From the human T2T-CHM13v2.0 reference genome, Homo sapiens: DNA of 64,000 nucleotides. The notes beneath the pieces are model-generated. The model saw nothing but the letters and a program-made list of their open reading frames with translations, was not told the origin of the DNA and did not search any database. The stretch lies in the NCBI RefSeq assembly GCF_009914755.1, contig NC_060937.1; one strand, given 5' to 3'. The position numbers were made by a program, and so were the translations under genes. Shown piece after piece: positions 41,861-55,151 of the stretch. Each line of letters opens with the position of its first letter. Within the stretch, counting starts at the first letter, position 1.

Positions 41861-42519
41861 ACTGGCAACAGACAGCTGGACTGCAAGGATCCACCAGATG
41901 CCATGGTTAGACATTGACGTGGAAAGAGAAAAAAAATGTGTTCTGTTTAGGACAACTATTTAGTGTATAGGTCAGCTTCTAAAACAGAAGACAGAGAAAT
42001 CAGACAGGTTGCTATTGTGGCATATTTTCTGCAGTAGAATATTAATATAAAGACTTAGAAGCCGGCGAGTGCATGCCAAGATGAAGTTATTAATAAGAAC
42101 AATACTCCACAGCTGTGTGTACTTTTCCTTCGAGAAGAGGTTTACAAAACCAACCTGCAGGAAACAAATATTCATGACTACCACCTGTACTTTCAAGATG
42201 AAGAAGAAATCAGCCACAGAGATACTTTTTTTAAGGGAAGATTTTACAAGGTCACACATCAAGGTAATGGAAGAACTAGAAATAGAACAGTGTCAGGCTC
42301 CCCCCACCGGCACTGCCGTGTCCATCCCGCCGCTGAGAGGCCGCTCGATGGCACTTAGAGAACAAAATGTGAAGTCCTTCAGCTCCCACATCCGGCTCGG
42401 AGTGCTCCTGGGTCTAAAATTCCTTGGAACCACTTGCAAACGTTTTCTACTTCAGGCAATGGTCACATTCACATTCCTTAAGAAGATGGGGATGGAGTCC
42501 TTCCTGCCCCACCCCACCC

Positions 42520-43155
42520 CAACACCCACACACCACACACACGCACGGCAAGCACACACATACACACACACACACGTGCACACACACACGCACACACGCA
42601 TGCACACGCGCGCACACACACGCACAGCAAGCACACACACGCGCACAGCAAGCACACACACGCGCACACACCCCCACGGCAAGCACACACACCCCCCCAC
42701 AGCAAGCGCACACACACACCCCCACGGCAAGCACACACACCCCCCGGCAAGCACACACACACACCCCCACGGCAAGCACACACACACCCCCCCCAAGGCA
42801 AGCACACACACACCCCCCCACGGCAAGCACACACACACCCCCCCACGGCAAGCGCACACACACACACCCACGGCAAGCACACACACACCCCCCCACGGCA
42901 AGCACACACACACACCCCCACGGCAAGCACACACACACCCCCCCACGGCAAGCGCACACACACACACACCCACGGCAAGCACACACACCCCCCCACGGCA
43001 AGCGCACACACACACACCCACGGCAAGCGCGCACACACACATCCACGGCAAGCACACACACACACCCACGGCAAGCGCGCACACACACACCCACGGCAAG
43101 CACACACACACACCCCCACGGCAAGCACACACACACACACCCACGGCAAGCACAC
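42520..43155. repeat. CA/C-rich VNTR, unit CACGGCAAGC(AC)n(C)n ~26-32 bp
   Basis: About 20 copies of the (g/a)gcaagc core separated by variable CA and C runs. Confidence 0.95.
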
Positions 43156-43184
43156 TGCCACCTGGGTTTGTCTGGACAGCATCT

Positions 43185-43290
43185 CTAGGCAGGAGGTGGT
43201 GTTAGCACTCCAGTTTACAGAGAAGAGCCAGCCAGGCCTGGAGCAGGTGAAATAATTTGCCCAGTATTTCATGCTCAGGATGATCTATCT
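43185..43290 (-). mobile_element. MIR fragment
   Basis: ctccagtttacagagaagag...ggtgaaataatttgcccag. Confidence 0.5.
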
Positions 43291-44339
43291 GGTCAAGGTA
43301 ACAAGAAAACAAAACTTTCAAAGCAAACATAAATGCATTTCACCCAAGACTTGAGTGCTGAATCCAGCTATGCTACTGACAGCGACATCTTGAATTTCTG
43401 GGTGTTATGACTTCAACTGTGTCTTTCAAAAAGATACACTAAAGTCCTGAGCCACGGCACTAGCATGCTCTTATCAGACAGATGGGAGGCCTAGGGCACA
43501 GAAATAGCCATTCTGCAGATCCATTCAGTGTGCAAGTATTAGATGTGTATCTTAAAGAGAAGCATGAAAAAAAAAGACAGTAGCCTTTGCACCAGCCTCA
43601 GATTTCTGTCATCATGTGGCTGATAGGAGAGTGACCTCGAACACCCTGCTGGCCTGGAGATCTGGAAGCTGCACACCCACAGAAGCCAACCCCTTCTAAG
43701 CGGTGCAGTGAGGGGGGCCTGCCTCAGGCCCACAGCAAGCTGAAGTGGATGCCGAGGATCCGGCAGGACCCCCCGCCCCCTGCCCCACTTAGCTGCACCC
43801 TTGCCTCACACCCCTGACCTCTTCTAGACACATGCCTGTTGGGGCCAGAAGAAACCAAGACCGGAAACTCGACGAATAATGGCAATGGATACACCCACCC
43901 TGCTGGGGTATGGGAACACATGGCGATCCTGACACTTGTCCCAGCTCTTCCCAAATTGTTTAGACTTCCTTTTAGATATTTTATTGATTATTCCTTGATT
44001 CTGAAAGCCGTACACACTTACAAAAACATTCAAGCATTTCACAATTGCATAATGCATAATCGGACAGTTCCCTAATACCTCCCTTCAAAGGTAACTGTAA
44101 TTACCAGTTCAGTGGAATGCTCTGAGTCAACACTAACCTATTTTCAGTTGTACGCTAAATGAGAAGATAAGGAAGAGGAAAAAATGGAATGCAAAGGATG
44201 GTGGGATTTTAGGAAATTGTGAAGTTAAGGCTTCTTGACTCCACTTGCTCTGCTCTTTCCCCACACCGTGTTTAGGCACCAAGCGATGGAGCCCTGGGGA
44301 TGTCCCAGCCAAATGTCCACTGCAGGGCTATCTGTTCGT

Positions 44340-44546
44340 CCCAAATGTGCGCTCCGGGGCTGAGCACTCACCCCAAATGTGCGCTCCGGGGCTGAGCACT
44401 CACCCCAAATGTGCGCTCCTGGGCTGAGCACTCACCCCAAATGTGCGCTCCGGGGCTGAGCACTCACCCCAAATGTGCGCTCCAGGGCTGAGCATTCACC
44501 CCAAATGTGCGCTCCGGGGCTGAGCATTCACCCCAAATGTCCGCTC
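44340..44546. repeat. VNTR, 32-bp unit CCCAAATGTGCGCTCCGGGGCTGAGCA[C/T]TCAC x ~6.4
   Basis: Near-identical copies; a degenerate ancestral-looking unit at 44309-44340. Confidence 0.97.
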
Positions 44547-44733
44547 TGGTGCAAAAGCCACTCTGTTTTCTCCCACGTCTGTTCAAGACACACATGTAAT
44601 ACTTGTATTCCGAGTGAATCTGCAGGAAGGCTGTCTCTGCGCCTCAGGCCTCTCATCTCTCTGATAAGAGCACGCTAGTGCTGTGCTTCAGGACTTTAGC
44701 ATGTCTTTTTGAGAGACACAGTTGAACTCATAA

Positions 44734-44916
<183 letters not shown>

Positions 44917-45649
44917 AGTTTCTGTCTCTTAAGGAGCTGGGTTAGAATCATGAAGGGAAACACCAACCACCTGTCCTTTTCCCATGGGCGTCGTTCGCCT
45001 CCAGGCATGCTCCCTGCTTTCCTCCCCGGATGCCCGTCTTGGCTTATTGAGCTAACGGTCCATCAAGACTTCCAAGTGTAAGGCTGAAGAAGTTCCTTCC
45101 AAAGCCAATTTCAGGAAGAATCCCTCAAATCTGGAAGCTGCTTCATGGTACATGATCTGTCTGCCCCAGGTGGGGCTAGGAATCCCCCTTCCAGTCTCTC
45201 TCTAGGGAGACAATAGATGTTTGGTGATAAACTGGTTGGTCCGCTGAGTTAAGCTCAGAGGTAGATTGATGGGTTACACTAACATTTATTAAAGACAGAC
45301 TGCCTGCAGGTGCGAGGGGCACGGAATAAGGGGAATAGACAGAGTTTCTGCCTTCTTAAACCCTAAAAGTAAAAGCGAGGAAGAGAGATGGAGCCTCAGC
45401 TTGGAGGCTGAAGCCTGCTGGGCGTCACCCAGAGCAGGCTGCTCCAAGGGACTGACCCTTACACCGAGTCCTGAGCAGTGGCAGGCCCTGTCCGGGGGAG
45501 AGTGCGGGTGTGTGCTGTGGGCAGGTGGAGGAGCTCCCAGCTATGGGGCCAGCAGCAGTGCAGAGACCTGGGGAGGAGAGAGCCGAAGAAGCCCACTGTG
45601 GCAGGAGAAAAGAGGAGGAAGAGTGCTGTTCACACCTGACATTTCTACG

Positions 45650-45810
45650 AGGCTTTAGAATCAAACAAGCATGGGTTCAAGTCTTGGCTCTGCTGTCTTT
45701 GCCTAGTGACCTTGGGCAGGTGAGTTACCTTTCCTGAGCCTCTGTGTGTTTGTAGATAAACAGGGGCAACAGCACCTGCTCTAGAGGGCGGCGTGAGGGT
45801 TGGGTGAGTG
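45650..45810 (+). mobile_element. MIR
   Basis: tgggttcaagtcttggctctgc...gtgaccttgggcaggtgagttacctttcctgagcctc. Confidence 0.75.
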
Positions 45811-46399
45811 TGGAGTGTGGAGGCCTTTTCCGAGCTGGCCCGTGTGCCTGTCCTGCTATCCTGTTTCCTCCCACACACACCTCACACTCCATCCACCCTG
45901 ACCTGCTCATGGTTATCCAGGCACAGCAGCCCCTCCAGCTGTGCACTGGCCCTGCTTCCCAGAGGCTGGGCCCTTTCTCCATCTGAGAAGCTTCTGCCCT
46001 CCTTCCAAGCAGCTCAAGCATGGCCTCAGGGTTCCAACCCTGCCACCCAGCCCTGCCCCACAGAGTCAACGCCCCTCCTCTGTGTCCTGTGTGCTTCTGC
46101 CTGGTGGCCTTTCTGTGCTTCCCCGGAGGGCTGTGCCCCAAGCAAGTCCTGGGCACACTCCCGACACAGGTGCTCCACACACTGCAATTGGGAGCAAGTA
46201 AATTAAAGGGGCAGGGGAAACGCACACTGGAAAAGTGTGTAACAAAGGACGAGGCTGTCAATGTAAATTTGGACCAAATCAAGGAAGGTCTTGGCTGCTC
46301 TGCTAGGGGCCAGGGCTGTGTTCTGTAAACAGTGGGGGTCAGTGAGGGTTTCAAATGCAACCGTGACACAGCCGGCGGGGTCCCAAGCACAGCTGTCCT

Positions 46400-46480
46400 T
46401 AGGATCATCTGGGAGCTTCTAGAAAGCACTGATAGCCTAGGCCCCACCACGCACCAATTCACCTGGAACCTCTGGATGTG
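46400..46480. mobile_element. MER5-like hAT fragment
   Basis: ggatcatctgggagcttctagaaagcactgatagcctaggccccacc...caattcacctggaacctctgg. Confidence 0.45.
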
Positions 46481-48029
46481 ACTTTTTTCTGACATAAAAG
46501 AATGTTTGCCAGGGGCTTCTCATCTGCCACCAGATGGGGAACCTCTAAAGTTGGCAGGCGAAGATGAGTGACTCCAGCAAGGGCTGCTGCCAGCTCCCGG
46601 CCAGGAGGACAGCAGCATCTGCCCCTGGACAGCAGCAGGGAGGTGTTCCCCACTGGCAGGGCAGGACCAGCGAGCCAGCCACCAGGACAGGAACTGCCAT
46701 GGGGGGTGGGTGTGCAGGCAGCACTGACTTGAATTACAGGGGTCTCTCCATGAGGGGCCACAGCACGCAGTGCCGTGCCGTGCGAGGTGCCCACCACCAG
46801 GCTTGGCCGCTGCTTGTGTCCACAGGTCACAAAGGCCATCTAAGTGTCAATGCTGTCATATACAGAGAACACTGGGTGTGGGGAGAGCCCCCAGGGGAAG
46901 CCCAGCAACAGGAAGGAGGGGTGTGGTGCAGGGATCTCCCAAGAGGCCATTCATCAGGTCTGGCAATATTTGGAGATGAAGGATTCGTCTGGGCACCTTG
47001 CAATACACATATATGCAGCCAAGAGTCTCTGCCATCGAAGGGATCCCAGAGCTCTTGCAGGATCCAAGTCTTTATTTTTTAATGGGAAAATAGATCAGGG
47101 AGAAGCAGCTGATGATAACTGCACTTTCAGTTGCTTGGCAGGCAGTGGAATTCAGGATCTTACACACTTCGATTTTTGGTCTTATACCCCTCCTGTCTCA
47201 GCCAGCAGAATGGGGAGGCACTGTCTGTCTGGAGTCAGAAGCTTTGAGAAGATTGAGTCCTGAAGCAACACGGCCAATCCATCTCTTTGATTCTGCGTGA
47301 CAGCCACAATCCGTTCCCGAGTTTCATGGCCTGAGAACAGTGGGGGCCACTGCCATAGAAAATAATATGCAGTTGGCCAAGTTGCCTCCATCCTTTAAAG
47401 GAGAGCTCCAGCGTCCAGCCAGTCATAGAGCCCCCGGCTTTGAAATTCTCGTGCAGGTGTGGTTTCTTTCCAATGCTTTCAGTGCACATGATTTAGTACT
47501 TAGGAAAATTCTCGAAGCTGACTTTTTCGAAACCTCAGTTGTGCCATTAGAAAATTCTTCTTTAGCAGAGAAAGCACCCAACACAGATTTGTAACCTCTG
47601 GGGATCGCAGAGTTCTGAGAAAGACTGTGAAAGAAAATCGAAAACCAGCTCTGAGAAGCTGCTCGGAGCAGCCAATGGTGATTGAAGGGATGTCAGCAGT
47701 TATTCCTGGAAGAAAGGTAGACGGTTCTTCATAAGAATAATTCAGTCCACAAAAATGCATATTTTTTTACATTAAATTCCATAGTACAAAAAAGGAGAAT
47801 GTAGTTTTACTGTAACTGATATTTTTTGAAATAGGAAGTCATGTTGGCAATCGCAGGTTACATAGGCTTTATGCAGAGAGATCATAGTTTGCTGTAGCCA
47901 TATTTCAAAAATTTGTTTTGCCAACATTTCCCAAGCATTTTTTGGACGCGCTTTTTAAAATGCAAGTAAATGGTCATTTCTAACCCCTACCAGCAACTAC
48001 AATTCAGACTTTCAACGTCTGAAGGGATG

Positions 48030-48550
48030 CTTGAGGTTGTGAGAGAGAAAACCCATTGTAAACTGGGCTAAATGAGAAACAAATACATTGGGTCACCTAA
48101 GCTGAAAAGTTCAGTGGTAGGACTAGCTTCTGGCATGAGAAGTGCAGATATCAAACAGTGTCATCAGGAGCTGGGTGATTTTTGCTGATTTCTGCTGAGT
48201 TGGCTTAGGTCTCAATATCTGAGTGCTAAGGAGATGGAGTCAATGATTCGATCTTTAACCTCCTCTTGGGATTCAGCTCCAATGGTAAACAAAACTCTCT
48301 TTTCCAAAAGTCACCACATCTCATTGCATCTTTTCGGCTCTGGCTGAGTCAAGTGGTCATCATGGAGTGAGCCACTGGAGCAGTGGAGAATGCACTGGGG
48401 TCCCTGTCTAGGCCTGGGTTGTGTCATGTCCCTGGAGGCGGGAATGGCACCCTGTGCTGGGACCACATGGACTGGGAATGGGACATTCCACAAAGCTTCC
48501 ACCACCAATAGTGTAGCTCCAGAGGAGGGCTGCAGATGCTACACAACAAA
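48030..48550 (-). mobile_element. Old MLT1 (J/K/L-type) LTR, degraded
   Basis: ggttgtgagagagaaaacccattgtaaactgggctaaatgag...ctgaaaagttcagtggtaggactagcttctggcatg. Confidence 0.5.
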
Positions 48551-49299
48551 AGAGTCGTCCACTACACTTTACAAACAGACAAATTGTGGGGTTACTATTA
48601 ATATTACAGGGGAGGCTTCACTTAACAAAAGGATACTTAGCGGTGAATCCTCAAAGGAGGATTCACTGAAAGCTTTCTTTAAGCAGTTGTCTCTAAATGC
48701 AGTTAATCACTTGTTTAGTGATCATTAATGCTTCAGTGGAAAGACTGAAGGAAGAAAATCTTAAAGCTGAAATGTAAGAGTCACTGTCAATGGAGAATCA
48801 ATCAAGAAAGAAACAAAACAACTTTGAAATGGTAAGTTAGTCAACTGGAAAACAGAATTTGATTTACATAAAACTTCTCACAAACATGACTATGCTGGAA
48901 GCCAAGTAGTGTCTATCGAGAAAGAAAACTGCACTTATTTACGAATATGTTTAGGAATGGTCGTAGTTCTCGTAAGCAAGCAAAATCATTCTGTGAGTTT
49001 TAGTTACCCCTAAGTAAGTGATTAGAGGGCTTCCAACACTGCGCTTCCCCAGCCCTTAACTTTGACCAAGTCAGCCACTAACCTACAACCTACCACTTTG
49101 ACAAAGGGCCGCTGAGTTGTTTGGAGCACCTGCTAATATTAGAGACTTTCTGGGATACCCAAGAAGCCCAAGATAGTTCTTGAGATCAGTTCTTGTATTG
49201 ACTCTTACAATCGAAACCAGACGCAGGTGGGATTTTATTCAGAAAGTTCTTATTACTTATTGGCCATTGAATGCATATGAAGGTTCTCATTTAACATTT

Positions 49300-50520
49300 A
49301 CAAATCATATAGGTCAATGTTCATTTGTTTGGGACATTTTAGTTCCACTATAATAGAAATTGTTGTCATGTTAACTTATTTTATTTATTTTTGTGGTTTA
49401 CATTTAGTCATTATGTTGACTGGCACATTTGGGCTAATGGCTCACTTTAATAAACTGTTACTTTTATTATTACAAAATACCTGCTTTTGTCTCATTTAGA
49501 GCCATTAGGCCTAAATTCTTCATTATCTTCATTATTTTTCATTAATATCACTATTTTTTCTTTCCTTTTTTATATCCTAATATCTATTTGCCTATTCCTT
49601 TATTTTCAACTTTTCTTACCACTTTGTTAGGAAAATTTTTTTTACACAACATGTAGTGGATTTTTAAAAACACAGTCTGACAATCTCTGCTTTAATAGGG
49701 AAGTTTATGTCATTCACATTTAGTGTACTAAGTGATACGCTTGACTTTATTCTCTATCTTACTTTATGTTTTCTAAGATACGTATATACTTTGCTCTGTC
49801 TTTTTTTTTTCTTTTCCTCATTTTGGACAGTTTGATCCATTTATTTCCATTTTTCCTCTGTTAATTTGGCATTTCTGTACTTTTTTATTCAGCTACTATT
49901 CTCCCATTCCTCATTCTTATCATTCATATACTTTTTTTTTCATTGCTGGATAAAAACCAGAAACCAAAGTGTTCTATTCTATTACTCTTTACTTCAGGCA
50001 AAGTAAATAATATAAAACAGTTGGATTATTTTACTCTGTTCCCTCCTTATAACTTCTAGTTATAGCTAAGATAGTTTAGCATTTTTAGTTCAAGAAAATT
50101 TTTAGAATTTTCCCCTGAGCACTATAATCAGCCTTTCACTACTAATTTTCCATCTTTATTATTATTAATTTGGAATTAATGCTAAAGGCTGCAAAATTCT
50201 TGGCTACCCAGTATTTTTTCTCGTATTTACCATACAATTGTTTTTAAGTTGACAACAGATATGTTGACACTCAAGTTTGTTCTTTCCCTGTCATTCTCTT
50301 AACTGTAGATATGCGTATAATTTCATTATTAATAAAGACAAAATAAAACAACACTGTGTTACCTCTAACCAACTACAAAAAATTATAATGATCACTAATT
50401 ACCTTTTAATAGTCTATGTTCAAACTTAATCTTAATCCCTGTATTACTAATCAGATTCTACTCTGAGCATTTATAAAACCCCTTCCCACTGGTCTAAATG
50501 TGCATGCATATATTTGCGCA
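49300..50520 (-). mobile_element. Ancient L1M fragments in an AT-rich block
   Basis: cagtctgacaatctctgctttaatagggaagtttatgtcattcacattta is typical antisense L1M text. Confidence 0.45.
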
Positions 50521-50989
50521 TGTGTTATGGGTCAGTAGAGTATCTGGGAAACGGAAATGGCTGTGGAGATGGACTTTATGTAAATGATCATTGGAGGCTG
50601 TTTAGCTCACTCTGTTACAGTTTTGTTCTCAATTTCTCAGTGTTTTTCTTGCCATACTTTCACATCCTGCCTGTATTTTAGTAAGACACTATCATAGGTA
50701 TTTTAATTCCTACCCCATGAGATAGACCTCTTAAGGGGAAAACTCTGCCACCCCTAGTACAGGCTTTGCCTATACAAAAGCTGCTGAATATATATTTACT
50801 TTACCTGAAATGTCAGCTTGGGGCATGGAAAGGATGTGTCAGGGGCGAAGTCTCTCCTAAGGCTGCCAAGCTTCCCTTGGGGGTTTCTGACCTCAATCTC
50901 CTATTTCCAGGGAAAGCCTCTTGAAGAGACCGTCTCATCTTGGTGGGCCATTGCTTGGAGAGGGACAGTAAATGCAGAATGAGGTGTGA

Positions 50990-51087
50990 CGGTGCCAACA
51001 ACTGGGAGGTGGGTGTTCCCTGCACATGGGACTTAGAAGCTAAGCCGGGGAGGTCCTGGTAAACCAGGATAGGACATGTTGGTCAGT
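50990..51087. mobile_element. MER81/MER94-like hAT-Blackjack relic
   Basis: gggacttagaagctaagccggggaggtcctggtaaaccaggat...gttggtca. Confidence 0.45.
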
Positions 51088-54000
51088 AGAGTAGAAGAAG
51101 TTCTCCACGCAGCTCAGACCCCACCCGTACCAGCCCTAAGCATTGGAACTCTGCCCTGGGGAGAGCTCCCCATCCTCTCTCCCCTGGGTGGTGAACAATC
51201 CATTCTGCCTTTTACTTGAGTCTTTCCAAAGCACTCACATGCATTGTCCATGCATCCTTCTCACAGTGACCCTGTGGATTCAGGAAGGGAGATGGGACCA
51301 GCCCCAGGTCACGGATGAGAAAGCTGAAGCACGATCTCATCTTGGTGCATTTGCCCCCAGCCCACACTCCAGATACTGTTTCCCGAGAGGACAAGTGGGA
51401 TTTCTGGTTTGCCAAAAATAGTCTCTGAGGGTGTTACTATTTTAAGAATAAATGTCACTGAAAGAGGCCATTGTCCTGATAAAAATAATGGGATAATTGA
51501 AATGCAGACACTGATTTTAGGGGAACTTACATAAAATAGGCAGATGAAACAGACAGAACAGTAATTTTCCGCAAACTCATGTATTTCCTTTCATCACCGT
51601 TTCTCATTGTTCCTTCAGAACTGAGAGTTGTTTTGCCTGGACTTTGCATCTTTATGCTAGTAACTGCCGGAGAGGGGGCAGGGCTGGGGCGGGGCCGAGT
51701 GCAGTCGTGAGGCCTGGAGTGGAACAGGGCAGGCTGGAACGGTGAAGGAGTATCTTGGAATTCCTTTCCCTCTGTTTTTCATATACCCCAGGAATGGGAC
51801 AATATACTGTGATTTCATTCATGTTGTCATTCATGTGCTCATTCAATAGATGTTTCTGAACAGGGCTGGGAGTTGGAATGCAGGGATGAATGAGCCCACC
51901 CTGGCCACAGAGCAGCTCAGAACTTGCTCTGGCCCTCCTGAGATGCAGACCGGGTCTCCTTTCTCCCACAGCCATATCTGGGATCTGAGGCCTGGACTCA
52001 GCCATGTTCCTCACTCCATGTTCATTTGTTTGGGATGTTTTAGTTAGTGTCTGCCTAAAAGCACATGCCTGCCGGGCAGCACGCTGCCCAGCCATCTCAC
52101 CCAAGGCCTGCTCTCACACCAGCCTTAAAGACAGGCTCTGAACAAAGTATCCACATTTCATTCAAAGATTGATGGAGGAAAAGCATGTTAGCCTTAGTCC
52201 ACACTGTCATCGCCCCGGGGTGGGGAGGACGGTGGGGCCCGTGTGGTTCGCAATGCCCCACATCCTGCACCTCAGGGGTCTGGGGACAGCTGCTCCCCGG
52301 CTCACATGCTTCTGCTAACAGGACTGTCAGCTCCTGGCGTGCTCCAACCCCTGTCCTGTGCCTTTGATCACCCAATTAGCCTGCCCTCTGTTTCTGGGGT
52401 TTTGTTCTTACCCATACAGAAAGCAAAAAGTTAAAATACTAAATTTTCCCTTGTTCTTATCTTTTCCCTTTGCAGCTGCCGTTTTCTGGTATTCAAGGGT
52501 TTGCATGTTAAGACCCCTTCTCTTGGGTTGACACCATCCCATGATCACGTGCCCAACCCCTAGGAAGGCAGAGCACATGCATCCTGGCGGACAGCTGCTG
52601 TCGATCCATCTGTCAGACTTGCCATAACTAGCATATGGCTGAAGCTTCCGGAAGCACCGTCACAGGCGACTCATTCAGCGCCTGTTTGTTGAGCAGTTAC
52701 TGCGTTCTCATCACCACCCACACTAGGCGCGGCGTCAACACTCAGTGACCCCGAGAAGTGGCTTTCTCTTCCTTTCCAGGAACAGTGCCTGAAACTTACA
52801 TTGTCCTCAGATCCATCAAAAGAGTAAACACTAGATCTCATTTATTCAGTGCGCTTAAAAGAAAAACCCATTCACAGTACATTTCCTTCAGCTCTCTGAC
52901 TCTCCATGTGGTCACAGGCTGGTTTCTACTCGCCAGCTCACTCTAGGACTGTGTGCTATTAGTTTCTACAAATAATTCCACTCGTTGGGTGTCCAGAGAG
53001 TCAGGTCATCAGAGTGAACATTTTAAAACTCAGCCACGGGAGCTTCCTAAGGAATGAGAAAGCTGACGCTTTCGATCGCTCTGAAAAATCAAAGTCCTAA
53101 CAGCTTCATTTTAGTCTCTGCACAAAACAGTCTCATTATTTTTGAAACATCTGATTTGAAGGCGATTTGTGTAAAAAAAAAGTGTAAGCCTAGTCCCCTT
53201 GTGACTTTAAGGCTAAAAATCAGACAGTTCTCTGTGGGGACATCACCAGAAAACGGCCTCACCTACATTCAAGACGCCTCCTTCCTCCCAACCTGCTAGA
53301 ATATTAATTCCTGCAGTGGCAATGGTAAAAGGTCAGTGACTTTTCACCTTTTAAAAATGAGTTTCCATGGTAACAAAACCACGATGGACAATTCACAGTG
53401 CAAAACAAAACAAAACAAGCCTGAAGTCCGGGCCCTGCTCAAACTTCAGCCGTGAAGACACTCGGCAGCCTAACCACCGTTCACGCAAACTTAGCGATCT
53501 GCCTGGTAAACAAAAGCGGAATTCAGACGCTCAGTAGGACCCATGCGCCTGCAATCCCGCCTTGCTGAAAACATTTGAGATTAAAATTTTAGTTTCATGC
53601 CTTAGTCCTTCAGCATATGGCAGGTGACTTTCAAACAAAGTAAACGGGAAAGAATAATTGGCTGACGGGAGATGGGAGAAACAATTGTGTCACCAAGTCT
53701 GCAGGCCCCAGCGCTCCCCGCAGCCCAGGTTTGTCGGGAAAATGCACCGTATCTGTAGCTCTTGTGGTTCTGGGGGTGGCTTTTGTTTGTGATATTTAAT
53801 TATACTGGTAGGTCCAAACGAACTACACAATTTATAGACTCCTGTTTCTCATGGAAGAAGCAGAAAGTGATCTATTTGCAGGAGTTATGTATTTTTTTCA
53901 GGCACTTTACGGAGACACCCCAACCCCCCTTGGCTGCTGACTGTAAAATAAGAAAACTATTACCCAGCTGGGGCAACAATAGACTCCCACAGTGCCTTTC

Positions 54001-55151
54001 TGCTCAGCTCACAGCTGCAGGAAAGTGGAGGCTCAGCAGCAGGCAGCATTCTTCCCGCAGCCCCTTCTGTGGGCAGGGAGCCTCCCACTGATCCAATGTA
54101 TTTCTATGCAAAGCGCAGAAGAAGTGACATTTTAAAAGTTTTGACCTTTTTTTTTTTTTTTTTTTTTTTGCATGAACCGAAACATACATTTTTTAAACCT
54201 TCTGACAGGGTGTCTGTTAGAAAAGGCAATAGCCATTACTGTAATAATAAAATGTTTCAAAATTTGAAAATTCTATATTGAATATAATGCACAGATAACC
54301 TTTGTGTAGAAAATGATAGTAATGGGGGCTTGGAACCACTTTCTTATTGTTCCAGGAAAACAGATTATGACAGATTTCAGGCATATTTAGAAAACAATAT
54401 CACTGGACGCAATGTTTTCATTTGCTAATTTCAGACTTTCATGATTTTTTTTCCCGAAAATGATTTGGAAGAGTTTTGCATTTGTATCATAAAGTGCTTC
54501 CATTTAATATTAGCAGTAAGGTTATTTGTTCAGAAAGCCATTCTTTGCATTAAAAAAGCATTATTTATAGAATTTAGTTTTCATACCAACATATTTAGGT
54601 ATGGTTTTTTTTTTTAAGTTTAACTTTTATTTGAATCCAAACTTCTCCAAAAAAAAAAAAAAAGACAACAAAATAACCAAGGGACAAAATGACAGCGACT
54701 TTTCTTTTAAAGACCTTCCAATTAGTACGGGACATGAATGGGAGAAGGGCTCAAAGTAAAAAAAATAACAGAAAATTAGAGCAAATGTGACGTTAAATTA
54801 TTTGCAACAAAAGATAGAAGAATGGGAAGGAGATGAGATATCAAATTCTCAAGTTAGAAGATTATGCGACTTTTGAGTCTCAGACTCAAAAGATGCAGGA
54901 TGGAATGTGACTGTTAAAACAGCTGAGAGGACTGGAGGACTCGGCCTCAGGCTGCTTCTGAGCGCCTTGAGTTTCCTAACTTGCCCAGCTGATCATCGTC
55001 ATCAGATTTTAACTTTTATTTTCAAGACTAGAAGATGTGCAGGGCGAAGTGAGCATTTATCCTCTCTAAGGTGCTCAAAAATAAATGTTCCAGCCCCTTC
55101 TTGGCTTTTCTGAAGCCAACTTAATAAAAATGATCATCTACTCCAACAAGC

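Noticed and set aside
42069-43272. His/Thr/Pro-rich and Cys/Val-rich ORFs of 229-378 aa
   Set aside because: CA-repeat translation artefacts.
47565-47716. Possible plus-strand exon (ttctttag ... AAG|gtagac)
   Set aside because: Moderate splice sites only; no recognisable peptide in any frame; unsupported without transcript data.
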